64,000 nt of DNA from Octopus sinensis (taxonomy: Eukaryota): the NCBI RefSeq assembly GCF_006345805.1, contig NC_043008.1:2294001-2358000 (forward strand), written 5' to 3'. Positions 12,961 to 26,861 of the stretch are shown here, in pieces. The notes beneath the pieces were generated by a model. It was not told the DNA's origin. It saw only the letters and a list, made by a program, of their open reading frames with translations, and searched no databases. The position numbers and the translations under genes are program-made. Each line of letters opens with the position of its first letter. Positions within the stretch are counted from its first letter, which is position 1.

Positions 12961-13256
12961 TAAAAGAATATCCATATGATTTTTTTATATCACACACTGA
13001 ACAAATAATTAGGGAACCTCGGGTTCTACGCGCTACACCGTGTAGGGTCCCTTGAGGATGATTATGTGATGAAAAGATGTAACAATTCTACAAAGTAATC
13101 CTACGCCCATTAATGTTGATTGCATGGAAGCGATTCAAACATGTGACAGGACTTCACAGTCTAAGTGACACTCTACTTGGTCTGCATATTTAAAACTACA
13201 TTTTCCTGTTCCACACTAAAAAGAAACAACTGCATGTAGTATCATCCGAACGTGAA

Positions 13257-13657
13257 TGCGGCGAGCTGGCAGAATCGCTAGCACGCCGGGCGAAATGCGT
13301 AGCCGTATTTCGTCTGCCGTTACGTTCTGAGTTCAAAATCCGCCGAAGTCGACTTTGCTTTTCATCCTTTCAGGGTCGACTAAATAAGTACCAGTTACGC
13401 ACTGGGGTCGATATAATCGACTTAATCCGTTTGTCTGTCCTTGTTTGTCCCCTCTGTGTTTAGCCCCTTGCGGGTAGTAAAGAAATAGGTATTTCGTCTG
13501 CCGCTACGTTCTGAGTTCAAATTCCGCCGAGGTTAATTTTGCCTTTTATCCTTTCGGGATAAAATAAATTAAGTACAAGTTACGACAGATGTCGATCTAA
13601 TCGACTGGCCCCCTTTCCCCCAAATTTCGAGCCTTGAGCATAGAGTAGAAAAGAATA
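13257..13657 (+). mobile_element. Full-length tRNA-headed SINE family A (dimeric body)
   Basis: Head gcggcgagctggcagaatcgctagcacgccggg; B-box-like gagttcaaaatcc repeated as gagttcaaattcc; 3' end gagtagaaaagaat. Confidence 0.9.
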
Positions 13658-14184
13658 TCATCTGTACATTACACGTGATTCAAATTACAAGAATAAGTAA
13701 GAATACATAGCAATCGGTTGTCTTATAAGAAATAAAGCATTGGTACATTTGTACACACAGCTCATGCACATACACACACATACACTGACATGCAAATATA
13801 CATATATATAAACACATACACATATATATGTGTGTCTATGTAAATATCTATGACTAGGTATTTATGCGTGAACTGCCATGTGATCATGTTGAGAGTCGGA
13901 CAATCGGTTTTGAACGATAATACAAATCTAATCCGAATGTTCTCTTTAACATCAAGGAATTGAGTTGCAGTTCGAAAATTTATATTTCCTTCTTTCTCAA
14001 CTGATAACAGATTCAAAGAGCCACCTATGTATGTATATATGCATATGTGTTATCTGTATATATATATATATATACACACACGTACACATATATATATATA
14101 TATGACTATACATGTATCATGTTTATGTGTCTGTTTGACTGTATGTGTATCAGTGTATCTTAATTGAATTGCAAATAATTACAG

Positions 14185-14223
<39 letters not shown>

Positions 14224-14752
14224 TGCGTGCATGTGTGTGTATAAATTGCATGTATGCATGTGTTTACATTTATATATGTGTGCGTTAGATGGGCCTATAT
14301 CAGGAGATAGTGAATGCGAGTGTTTTGCAATTTAAATTTTGATGAATTAATTAATAAACTTCAGATTTAATATTTGACCTTAGGCTATTTTAACTTTACA
14401 GTGAATTTAATTTTTAATTAATTTCTATCTTAATTATATTACTTGGGCAGTTATCAACATAAATGGTTCTTATCGGAATGTATTAGTGCACATGTTATTT
14501 TCCCATTCACCAATATCTGTAATTGCCAAGATATTAAAACATGCATGTCTGATTGGTATCATTCAATATGATGTCTTCGAGTTTAATGGAAAAATCTCCA
14601 GATAAAAACTACATATTTCATCATAATTTTCTCTTTAATTCTCTTTATTATTAATTCTGAGAGATTTCTCCCTGATTGAAAATTTTAAAATAATATGGCG
14701 TCACCTAACATTCCATTAGCGATGGAGATTTGTATATAACCCGTGGTTTTAC

Positions 14753-14762
14753 AGGTGTGTGT

Positions 14763-14827
<65 letters not shown>

Positions 14828-14836
14828 TGTGTGTGT
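14753..14836. repeat. (GT)n microsatellite
   Basis: Directly visible. Confidence 0.97.
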
Positions 14837-16426
14837 GATTTTGTTACTGAAATTGTTTTTGTCCCTGTTATATGTTCTTTCAGTTTATTATAAGAAATCC
14901 GATACATTTCTTGGCACAAATGAGGAATAGCATATCATGGTATCATTCACTTCAACTAAAATACGAATCCTTATGTTTGTGTAAAGGAATATAATATAAT
15001 CAATTCATACCTGTGAGCAGAATGAATGCAAAGTGAAAGGTTTTGAAAAAAAAACATTAGGGTTATTGTATTGTATACGTGCATCGTTACATTTTCAGTG
15101 TCTACAGGACGATATGCCAGCATTGCACGCATGGCTAAGTTTATATATATATAGTAATAATAACAATGATCTTTGGATGGAATATATAAACATTTAATGC
15201 ATCGCTACGCGGCTTTCCGCAAATCACACGCGTGTTAAGATAACAGCCCCTGTTTTAGGTTAAATTACAGTGTGGACTGTAATATCGAAGGGCATCAGGT
15301 AGATCATCTTCGTGATTCATTTGTTCAGGAGATATGACATTTGTAAGAACGATGGAATTCATAAACAATTAATGCCATGCCTTAAATCTTTATAAATTCA
15401 TTCAAGGGTTATTGTTATTATTACTATATTTATCCTACATTATCAGGGTATAATACGATGCAACCCCCAAAATCTGGTTCCCTGGTGAGGTTCATTAGAA
15501 TGTGTCCGGCATAAGTGAATAGGGGTTTTATATGCATATTCAAAACGTTACACGTAAACAAATTGAAAAGACATGTGTGTGTTTGTGTGGGGGTGAGTGT
15601 GCATACATACTCATGCTTGCACATATTCACTCATACATACATATACACCCATGTATATATGTTTGTGTGCGTGTGTTTATGTGTATGTGTGTGCGTGTTT
15701 GAGTGTGTGTGTGTGCGTGCGTGTGTGTGTGTGTGTGTGTAAATAGAGAATACACAAAGCATTTTTCATCAGTTGACCTAAACTAAAATATATACTCAAT
15801 GCGATTGCTCAGTTTGTTTTACCAACAAAACATTGTCTGAACTATAACAAAACTCCAGTGTATTGTTGAGAGTGCTTGTGAGAAGTGGTTAGAAGTGGAT
15901 TTACCTGGAGTCGGTCGATAAAAATGAAAGGAATAAAAAAACAATTGATTCGGACAAAAAATTATAAACTTATAGTCTTTAACGTCAGTTTCCACAGCAG
16001 CCAAGCATATGCATCATCATATTGAGTAAGGATTCCATGTCTGGAGTATTTCAGTATCAGAGAGGAATGTAGACATGAGCTAATGCACCTAGTCCAGGAT
16101 AACAGTATCTTCTAGTTTGTAAAAAATATGGGAAAGATCAAAGTAAAATAATTATTCGCTCAGTAGTGCCATAATCGAATAAATGATACAGTTACAGGTA
16201 ATGCTCGTTAGCAGTTTCAAATGGGAATGTTCGATTATAATACATGGTACGTTATAGTTCCAGTTATGAATAGAAAAGAAGTGTTTTGTACATGTATATT
16301 ATACTATTGTGTCGAGGGAGGAATGGCAAAGATTTAGATCAGTAAAGTAGATATATACAGGTGTGTTTAATGTGTGATAATATTTGTCGAATGTTCAATA
16401 TACAGGTGCTCAATTAACGTACGTAC

Positions 16427-16584
16427 CGCGGAGGTCCAGTGAAACATACGGTAGAATATAGTTCGGAATTTGTATTAGAGATGGAAACTAACTGTGCCAT
16501 TTCCAACCCACTTTTACAAAATTTTTCTAACAAATTTCGATTAAATTTATGTTGTCGAGAATAGCACTGTATCAAGATGTGACA
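16427..16584 (-). CDS. Candidate exon (CHILIQCYSRQ...LYSTVCFTGPP)
   Basis: gttcgctttcgcAG acceptor, open frame inside ORF 16414-16635, donor GCG|GTACGT. Ends in phase 2, matching the 10332 candidate. Confidence 0.2.
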
Positions 16585-17962
16585 CTGCGAAAGCGAACTC
16601 AGAACCATCGGATTGCAAAGCCGTATTTTAACCATTTAACATCTTCTAGCTGCTGTATACTTTTGTTATTTATTTTTGTTTTAGTTATTTTATGGCACGC
16701 AGAAAAACATTTGTCTTATTACAGTGTGTTTTCTAAGTATAAATCCGTGTTCAATATATACAAATGATCAATATAGGATAAGGATATTTGTCTCTGAAGT
16801 GCCATAAACAATTGTCATTACACTTTCAGTAACTACAGTAACTGCATTATTTAGCGTATTCTAACTAGTGAACTATAACAATATTTCATTGCAATGTCAG
16901 AGAGATATTTGCATATTTCCTTAACCTATTCTGTTGATTTTGAGGTGAATGAATCTTACCAAGAGATATGTAAGGCATGTTAAATGAAATGATGTATAGA
17001 AGAGAGTATTGACTATATTTTACAAAACCACCAAAAGTGTCCTACATATCTTTGTTTCCAACATCTACAGCTACGGTGAAGATATATTGTATGTAATTTG
17101 CGGTCTTCCTTTATATACTGATTAATGGCGACTGCTCTCAGAGGGTGTTGGAAGGAAAGCAGAATATTAGATATGTTGGTAGATACGAGTTGTTCAATGC
17201 AATGTTCTTAATATATTCAGATAATGACATATATTAGTATCAAATCTACACTGATGTAACCAAATTTCATTTCCCTCTGAGTAATCCCCATGCGCACTTA
17301 ATTTCCCATGAATTGTTATCGATTCAGCGTTAATTTATTGCACCCTTACATTAGATCTGTGCATATGATATCTCATATGTGGGTAGTTATATATAAATTG
17401 TTTATCAAATTATATAGAGTCTGTTTGAAGCAGATATTTTACTTTGAAGAAATAGTGTTAAATTTCAATTTGAACATAACTATTTGCTTAATGATTTATT
17501 TTAAATATGTTGGCAGAGTTCAAATCTCCGGGGTCTGTGTTTATTTATTGCCCTCCAGATGTCAATATTTGTTGGACATTCCCATTTGGAAGAAATTCAA
17601 ATGAATTCTCATGTTGAGAATTACTAACATAATGATTACAATAAATAATTGTTTGAACATTATTTTTTCTTCTTACATTTAGAATTGTTTAGTTCACAGG
17701 CTGCGTCTCAGCGAAAGTATCACGAGAATCCTTCCTGTTTCCTCACATCTTTCTTTTTTGTTTACTAAATTTCTGAATTTCAGATGAAAACGTATTTAAT
17801 GAGAGGATAATGATTATTGGTTAATTTGGCAAATAAACGTATATCGCCACCGTAACTACTGATAGCATTACTATAAATATTAATGCTAATATTACAAATT
17901 GCTATGCTTATAATAATAATAATAATAATAATAATCAAAATAATAATAATAATAATAATAAT

Positions 17963-18437
17963 GTGTTGGTATAAAAGATGGGCTACAGCAAATATTCTGC
18001 TCAATAGTACAGATTTGCTTGTCAGTTGTTTGACCTTAACCAGTGGAGCATGTCTCTTAGTGGCTGACAATATGTGCATCTCTGATCACGAGCAGAAGTA
18101 GTGGGGGAGCATCATAGCCTTGTGTTGAGAGGGATTCTTTAGGGTGTGAATAATTCATCTCTAGAAACATGGGTGTTTCGTTCAACATCCTTAAACAACC
18201 CTTATTCAGAGACCTTTTGAGCGGGATGGGTTAATCGACCAGAAGAATATTCTAACTGGGCCCAACCTGCACGGTCATGCGCTGTTTATCTTGATATGAG
18301 ATCATTATGTCGCGCACCTATTGTTGTGATGCATGTGCCTAGTGTACCTTTATCAGACGTGTAGTCATGATGGGTATATTGGGTTTCGTATATTTTACCT
18401 CAGTGTCACTTTGATGGCATGCACTGCTCTCTCACTC
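17963..18437 (+). mobile_element. About 475-bp structured SINE-like element embedded in (AAT)n
   Basis: A non-coding block of higher GC, flanked by (AAT)n at 17908-17962 and 18438-18642. Contains nested stems (ttctgctc/gagcagaa, ttgtcag/ctgacaa). Orientation inferred from the longer tail. Confidence 0.6.
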
Positions 18438-18642
<205 letters not shown>

Positions 18643-18789
18643 GTTTCTGTCAACTGGGCACAAGTGCCGAAACAAAATGGGAAAGGAGAATGCAACAGAA
18701 GTGGCAAGCGCGGCTTGGCACAAGCATTCGTGTATAAAAATTAAACAAAAAGAATTAACAAAAAATTTCTTCAATAAAATATTCTAAAT

Positions 18790-19480
18790 AATGTGGTGGG
18801 ATGTTCTATCCTGGCTCAACCAAAGAACACCGCACAGATTTGTTACCCCGAAAGCGAGGGGCACCGCAGCAAGTGCCACTCTTTTTCTCTGTTCCTCAAT
18901 GTTCAGAGTTGACCGATCCACACAAGTCATCTTCAGCATAATCACCCATCATTCAACAAAACTGATGGACGAAGTATCTTCCTCTCCAAACTTGATTTCC
19001 TCTTTAAGTGAAACTAGAAAACAATCGTTTAGGGCAGAGCTGAAGGGGAAAGTATCAGTCTTCACTGCTTTCAACCTCGCTCACCACACTACCGCATTGG
19101 GCAGAGCCAGTAGACTTAGGAAAAACTGCCTTCTTTTCACAGCCAGAAAATTGGCAATCTTTCTCGTGACTATGCTGATAACCGGATCCGTCCTACACGC
19201 ATCAAAAGCTGTTCGACAAATCTGCACAAGTTAGCAACGCCCAACTATTGCTATCTTGTTTGTTTCTGTCGATCACATGCTGTCAAATGTGGGGCGGTTA
19301 TGGCCATCGGCTGTGTCCATTGTGAAGGTAATCTCGCCTACTTCCTTTCGCCTGAAAGAGCAGGCAGTATTTCATTGTCTGGTGCCTTAGCTAAAGAGGT
19401 TGATTTGGATCAGATTGAAAGGGTTGAAAACAAGCGCTCTGTTAGACATGTGGGGTCTCCACGAGCAACCCTAGGAAGAT
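18790..19480 (-). mobile_element. Decayed Tx1/L1-like LINE ORF2 C-terminus
   Basis: Minus-strand frames LCRFVEQLLMRVGRIRLSA* and FFLSLLALPNAVVW*ARLKAVKTDTF...SFVE*W align with the 26217-26793 copy. Confidence 0.75.
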
Positions 19481-20859
19481 TCCCTGTTTTGGGAGAATTA
19501 ATAATTCCTATACTTCTATATTGTTACAGAGTCTTACATTTTACTCGCCTTTTTATGTAACCCTACATTGCATTGTCCTATACTCTCCCCGATGTTTTTT
19601 TTCTTTTCATTGTGGTAAATACTATTATTATTGCTGTTGTAGTTGTTGCTGTTGAGTGTTCACTGTTTTTGAATTACTGCTTTCTTTTTCGCTGCTGTTG
19701 CTCTTTAATGTACACTTTATTATTGCTATTACTAAAAATGTCATAATTGCTAGTGAGACTGAAGAAAATATCGTCGATATTTTAAGTGGAAATTTAGGCG
19801 AAACTTTATCACTTCAAACGTTGCTCTCACAAACATGAAGACATTCTGGAAACTTCCTACAAGTAGATTAAGTAGTTTTCAAAGAATCAATGAAGTCGGA
19901 TCTCAATTTGCTGCTAATGTTTCATTTAGATTTCATTGCTTTAATTTTCAGCCATACGATACTTTATTACATACGACTCTTAAAAAAGCGAGTTAGAATG
20001 TCTGCATTAAAGATCTTATCAAGATATTTCACAGTTCAGTGTTCAATATTTGATTATAAAGTCAGCAATGTAATCAAAGATTTGACACTGGATTAAATTG
20101 CTTGACAGTTCGTTGTAGATAGGTTGTTACTATAACCAACACAATTCTCTTAAGATGGTATCTATTGAGAAGCTCATTGGTATCAGGCAAAATAAATAAA
20201 ATGCAACATTCATTTTAGTCACTCTTTCGGAGTTACAGGAGACTAGAAAAACATTTATTCAAAATATTATAGTACGTAAAACTATTTTGCTTATACGAAT
20301 AGAGTTTCTGATAACATTACTGATAAAATTTATGTAAATTTTAAAGAAATATAAGTGAGTCTTTAGTTCGGTTATTTTGACTACAGAGGCCTCCAAAATA
20401 TTCTCTATTCTGAAAAATGTTGAACTTGAAATTTAGCCTTTTGATACAAAATCTTAAAATTACATTTAAGTATTACCGTTACCGTCATGTGAAGAGTTCA
20501 AAATACCATCAAATTTCTTTGTGTTTTTAAAAAAACAGCTCATTGGGAACAAAGTATGAAACGCAAGCACCCATCAAAATTGGTTTTCTTCAAAACCGAA
20601 GCGTTTTCTTTAAAATCTACTGAAAACCCGGGGAAGAATCTGTAAATGTCGAGTGACAACTTGCATCATTATTTATGTTCAATTTCCGACAAATCTGGGT
20701 CTGGATGGTCTTCGGCAGTGCGTTACCTCAGGAAAATCATCAGTCAATTTTCAGCGATACTCCGCCAACGGAAGTTTCATCTGCCTTGACACCTTTGCTC
20801 CATTGACTTTATGACAAGCTGCAAAGATTCTCTCTGCTCATCACTTCTGTCACCATTAG

Positions 20860-21280
20860 GCAGCAAAACATATTTCAAACGTCATTTTCTGCTCTCAATA
20901 AACAAAGGTACCAATTCTGCTCAGACCAATCCTCAGGCGAAGTCTTTCAAAGCTATTTTAATTCAATAATGTGAGTTTTGTTCGTACTTTAAAAAGGCTT
21001 TTTTCCACTTTATTGTAGATTTTCTTGATGAATGTAAGACCCCTACCAAGTCACTGAGTTCATTTGGATGAAACAGATGAGGATCTGACTTGCTAGTGCC
21101 AAAGTATCCATGATCATCGGTAAACTCTTCCGTGGTTGATACTTCTTAGTGATCAAGCTCGCCAAATATTTTCCTAAATTTCACAGATAAAAAATTCATT
21201 TTTCTGAAAAATGATTAAAATTTCGAAAATAGATGGGATTGTGTATCTCGAAATGTAGAAGTGATGGTAAAAAGACCATT
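20860..21280 (-). mobile_element. Decayed DNA transposase fragment, probably Chapaev3/CMC-like
   Basis: Frameshifted motifs HPNELSDLV and LFIESRE..LKYVLLPNG resemble the ELNDLVRDL and WRLFIDSSKRSLKxVLLHNG motifs I recall for that family. The family name is from memory. Confidence 0.45.
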
Positions 21281-21979
21281 TTTGGACCCAGCATATAAAA
21301 ACGGAATTCTTTAAACTAACAAAAACGTCGAGACAACAAGATACATGACAGCAAACTTGTTCCATATACAGATCGACCCACTCATTTAGTTACCGTGAAC
21401 GTGGCTATTTTTCTGTAGACACCTGTTACATTAAACAACTGGCTTCCAAACAACAGTTTCTGTCTACCCAATTTCATTTACGATAATTGAGTTGACCTGT
21501 AACAACTAGAAGACAATCTTGCATTAATGCCTCCGAACAAACTATCGTGGTATAATTTTGTCCATAATATCAAATTAATGAATAAATATGAATATTGCCA
21601 ATGTTTGGTAGACACATAATAGAAATAGCATATTCACCTGATAATCGTATCTAAACAGACAGTGTTTAATAGCGACTAAAGTACACTGTATTGTAACAAA
21701 TTTTCGTTTACATGAATATTAGATCATATAGAGAATTCAATCTACAGTCAAGCAACATTGACTTTCTGGCTATATTGAGACGTAAACTTTGTTGTTACTT
21801 TTTATATTTTAATCTGGGAGGATACAAAGCGCTTAAAACACAAACTGTTTTGCTGGCTGCAAAAGACAAACATGTCCCAATGCTTACATCAGGAAGAATG
21901 TCACGGAGGTGATGTTGCACGTATTTCTCTGATACTCGTAGCCAATGTTAGCATTGACCTACCCTCCAAATGATAATCA

Positions 21980-22660
21980 GAAGTAATACAGAATAAAAAT
22001 TGAAATGCTCGTTTGAAAAGAGAATATTTCTCCATCGATGTGGGTTTTGACGCGTCTGTGGAGTGAGTAAGTGGATTAAATCGACCTCAGGATCAAATGG
22101 TACATTAACGAATGAGACCATGACACCAGAAACAGAAACGCTAATCATAACAGTTCAGGTATAAGCGCTTAGAACAAATCTTATAAAGGCATAGGAGGAA
22201 AAAACTCAGACAGCAAAAAAGAACCAGGGAAAGAGGGGAAACTATCAACGGCATTATTTATTGATTGCCATATTGTAGTACAAAACATGTATAAGACCAG
22301 ATATGAGTGCATTGGCAAACGGATGCATTGGGCTGTTGGGTGAGCGCATGACTTCAGAATAACAGAAACATTATATAAATAAAAATAGAGGCAGTGACAG
22401 AAAATGATACTTTTACAAAATCTGAAGTGGATTCACCGTGTAAATTAGTGCAATTGGCACAGCACACGAAATACTAACTAAAACGGTGGAAGAAAATGGA
22501 GTTGAGAATTGAAGCATTGACATGCAGATAAGTACCATCCTATATTCTGCAAGAATATTAAGAGAGATTCTTCACATTTGAGGAGATTTGTTATCACCGA
22601 GCCTCAAGAAATAATATCAAATTAATTGGTTACCTGAGCTGACTCACAGCACCCCATAGT
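21980..22660 (+). mobile_element. Decayed R4/Dong-like (restriction-like endonuclease) LINE 3' region
   Basis: ETETLIITVQV*ALRTNLIKA (cf. ETExLLIAAQDQALRT), ETINGII, and terminal SARILREIL; many stops. Confidence 0.7.
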
Positions 22661-22834
22661 AATGTTGAAATAGTGAGGCTTCTCAGTTTTATTAAGTACT
22701 TTCCATCGTATTCACTTATGGTTTTCCTGGTCATGATTATTATAATGATTTCATGGTTGGATAACAAAATTCTTTATAACGAAAATTACGGTTTTAATCA
22801 GTTGCATAGGGTGAACAGGTGAGTTGTAATGGTA

Positions 22835-22933
<99 letters not shown>

Positions 22934-23494
22934 GTGTGCATGTGTGTGTGTGTGTGTGTAAAAATGATATTCTTCACAGCTAAGTAGAGTAGACATTGTA
23001 ATGTTACATTGTTGAGTGCAATATCCGTTTCTAATCACAGTTAGTATTTGTAAACAATTCATCACCGATATTTGCTTGTTGTATTGCCGCAGGATTTTGA
23101 ACATATAATCACACAGAAGTTATCTATCATTTTTAGTTTTAAAAAATGTATCTAGTGATCTTTTGTTTACGAACTACACCGAACAACATTTTATTATTTT
23201 CCAGCACACTTAGAGTTTATATTTCATAGAACGACGTTACGGTAATAACACTGCAATTGACACTGCAGAACAGTTTGTGAATTCAGATTTCAATGGACAA
23301 TGGTTCAGTATCACGTTTTAATATATCTTTATGGATTCATCTTCTATTCGGTGGTAGTAATTTTGTTTAGAATATATGAGGAACAAAAAATCAAACCATG
23401 CACAATTATGTACATTTCACACAAATATGTGTGTACGCATCAATTGTGCTCTTGTATATACTTACCTATATATATATATATATATATAACTAAT

Positions 23495-23712
23495 GTAGGA
23501 TAAAATGTTTTTCTGGAAAAAAATGTTATCAATGGCCAGCATATCAAAAAATACCTTTAATGGTTAAATTTATAAATAATTTACAAGATAAGGGCAAAAG
23601 AACAATTCTAATGCCAAATATGCCGTAAAAAGACAATATTTTGTCTTTTATTGTCTTTTATTCGGCATATTTGGCATTCGAATTTTTCTTTTGCCCTTAT
23701 GTGGTAAATTAT
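23495..23712. mobile_element. Fold-back element family X, internally deleted copy
   Basis: 38-bp arms at 23588-23625 and 23663-23700 with 2 mismatches, plus a left-only extension of about 95 bp that matches 60005-60100 in reverse complement. Confidence 0.8.
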
Positions 23713-23724
23713 ATATTTATATAT

Positions 23725-23851
<127 letters not shown>

Positions 23852-23885
23852 AACACACACACGTATATATATGTATATATATGTA

Positions 23886-23934
<49 letters not shown>

Positions 23935-23936
<2 letters not shown>

Positions 23937-24560
23937 GAAGTACATATTCACATGAAATTCATATAGATATTTTCATTTTTATTATTATGAGCGGTAAATT
24001 AAAATTATTGATATAAATAACAACAAAAATATACGAGATAGTAAGTAATAAAAGTTATAAATAATTATAATTATAATGAACTATATTTACAATAGAGGGC
24101 ACACCGGCTAGAAAAAGGAGCAACATCTTCAAGGAAACAAACTAATTACACCGAAGTACACAATGGATCAATAACAATCTTGCGAGTGAGTAACGATTAT
24201 CAAAATCAACACAGATCAAGCAGTAGAATGAACCAGCGGATATACTTGAAGTTCTGCCGATCGCGTCAACTCTCCAGAGTAAGCATTACTGTGTAAAAGA
24301 CGAAATGACCTCGTTGAAATCCTTAGCATTCTGAATTGCCCCGCGCAAATTCATTACGACTTTAGTTTATAATATAAATATTTATAAGTAAATATTCAAA
24401 TGAATATTTACATATGTATTTTTATTGTTATATAGGTATTGTTATTGTTATCGGTAAATTTAAATAATTGATGATAATAACAACCAAAATATAGGGGGTA
24501 GTAAGTAATAATAGCGTTAAATAGCTAGAGAATAAAAAAAACAAATTCATATATATAATT
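23935..24560. repeat. Diverged direct repeat (about 150-bp units, period about 460 bp)
   Basis: cggtaaatt...ataacaac.aaaatata...tagtaagtaata occurs at about 23992 and again at about 24452. Confidence 0.6.
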
Positions 24561-24957
24561 CATTATTTCACCGAGATTTCAAGGAAGAGTGTTGAAGCAC
24601 TTCCCAGAATTCGAAATCATGATCCAAATATGTCAAGTTTTTCATTCTACAGATTTGATCTGTGGTGATTTTTATTATCGTTACTCAAGTCCCCACTTTC
24701 TGTTGACCCGATGTGTATCTCAGTGTAGTTCGGTGGATTACTTTACTATCTAGCTCCTCTTTCTAGGATATAGGCGCCTTGTGTGCCTTCTATTGAATTA
24801 CAGTTAAGTATGATTATAAATATTATATATATATATACACTACTTACGTAACAGAACCTCGGATATAGTAATTACGCAAACGATGGATAATCGCTAGCTT
24901 GTCATTTGTCAAATATAACGTAATCAAAGATATATACGTACATACGTACAAATATAT

Positions 24958-25243
24958 ATGGTCCAGTGGTTACGACAGCGGACTCGAGATTGTAGAATCG
25001 CGGTTTCGATCCAGTCCGGGCGTTGTGTGTGTTTCTTGAGCGAAAACACCTAAAGCACCCGGCTGAGGGTGGTGCCGATCCCTGCTGTACTCTTTCGCCA
25101 CAACTTACTCTCACTTTTTCTTCTGTTGGCCTGCTCGCTTAGCCAGCGGGGTGGCGTCCTTTGAAGGCTAAAACAATGTGAAGCGCATTGTGACCAGCGA
25201 TGTCTAGCAACATCTGATAGCCTGGTTGGTCACGGTGATCACG

Positions 25244-25248
<5 letters not shown>
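24958..25248 (+). mobile_element. Full-length tRNA-headed SINE family B
   Basis: A-box-like tggtccagtgg, B-box-like ggtttcgatcc, and a 3' tandem cacggtgat-cacggtgat running into (AT)n. Confidence 0.88.
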
Positions 25249-25278
<30 letters not shown>

Positions 25279-25316
25279 TTATTTATATATAATATAAATA
25301 ATATATAAATATGTGT

Positions 25317-25353
<37 letters not shown>

Positions 25354-25969
25354 CATATATATATATATATGCACAATGTATACAAATAATTGTTTATGGC
25401 CATACCTCTATGGGTTACACAATTTCACAAAAATCTCTTTGTCGAAATATTTATCCTTACAGAAATATCAGATATTTTCCCTTTTCTACCCCGAGAGTTC
25501 ATATATCTATTGTAACCTCTCTTTCCCCGTTTGTTTCCTGGTTTTTAATCATGTCTACTGTCCATTGTTTCGCCGCGCAGTCATTACGTTATTTATTTAT
25601 TTATATATTTACCCGTTATCTACTTACTTTCCTTGTTTTTGTATTCTTACAATTATCTGTCTTACACATCAAATGTTTCTCATTATCACCGCCAACGTCA
25701 ATGTAACAACTATGACAACCGCCATCACCATCATCATCATCGTTATCATCTTCGTCATTGTCTTCAGTGTAATGATGACAGTGATGATCAACACCGTCTT
25801 TTCTTGTTGTACATTTCCAGGTTTCCCTCTCTTTCTCTCTCTCCCCCTCTCCCTCTCTCTCCCTCTCTCTCTATATATATATACTCTTTACTCTTTTACT
25901 CTTTAACTTGCTTTAGTTATTTGACCGCGGCCATGCTGGATCACTCCCTTTATATATTTACACACCTAT

Positions 25970-26064
25970 ATAGATACATAGATAGATAAATAGAATGATA
26001 GCTAGATAGATAAATAGATACAAAGATAGATAGAAAGATAGATATATAGATAGATAGATAGATT

Positions 26065-26127
<63 letters not shown>

Positions 26128-26128
26128 G

Positions 26129-26159
<31 letters not shown>

Positions 26160-26216
26160 GGATAGATAGATAGATAGAAAGATAGATAGATAGATATATA
26201 GATAGATAGATAGATA
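25970..26216. repeat. (GATA)n microsatellite
   Basis: Directly visible; flanks the Tx1-like element. Confidence 0.97.
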
Positions 26217-26793
26217 TGTTTCTTTATTAGCCACACAGGGCTGCACACAGACAGAACAAATTACAAGGTAGAGCTTTTCTTTTGAAGGTATAAAAAAAAA
26301 GTGGTGGCTTCGTCATTCATACGTGCCATTCTTGCTACATTCACCCATCTTTTTTTAAAACATTCGCTAGACAAAACTTGCCTCTCTACTCTCACTTTCC
26401 TTTTCAAGTGGTACTTGAAGAAGTTGATGAGAGATTGACCAGAGAGGAAAGTGTTTGTCTCCAATCCTTTCAGACGCGTCCACCAGATACATTCTTTCGC
26501 CATAGCCACAAGGATGATGAAAATATCTCTTCCTTCCCGTTTGAAGGAAGGAGGCGTGACAATATTGACGATAGACTCAGCTGATAAACCGACTCGTCCC
26601 ACACGTGACAGCAGTTGTTCGACATAAGCCCACAGGTCGGAAATTGTTGGACACTGAACGAGTGCGTGCAGAACGGTTTCGTCGCTCTGACCGCATCTCG
26701 GGCAGGTCGGCCCCGTGTTTCTCGAGCCGTGTCTGTAGAGCTTATCCCGAACGGGTAGCGCTTCTCGGTAGCACTGCCAGGCCAGGGATCTCT
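26217..26793 (-). mobile_element. 5'-truncated Tx1/L1-clade LINE (zf-RVT/CCHC C-terminus + 3' UTR) inserted in (GATA)n
   Basis: Uninterrupted frame SLAWQCYREALPVRDKL...TCPRCGQSDETVLHALVQC...LWAYVE...IWWTR...KKRW. AATAAA at 26228-26223 is followed directly by (TATC)n. Confidence 0.9.
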
Positions 26794-26812
26794 GATAGAT
26801 AGATAGATAGAT

Positions 26813-26859
<47 letters not shown>
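26794..26859. repeat. (GATA)n microsatellite
   Basis: Directly visible; same orientation as 25970-26216. Confidence 0.97.

Positions 26860-26861
<2 letters not shown>

Noticed and set aside
13120-13207. Cys-rich frame after a strong minus-strand acceptor (CGTGKCSFKY...)
   Set aside because: Hits a stop with no good donor.
18791-19234. 147-aa plus-strand ORF
   Set aside because: Antisense to the decayed Tx1-like remnant; no independent support.
25680-25800. Degenerate triplet stretches (also 19600-19760 and 35900-36060) resembling low-complexity coding sequence
   Set aside because: Decayed trinucleotide microsatellites without splice or codon support.
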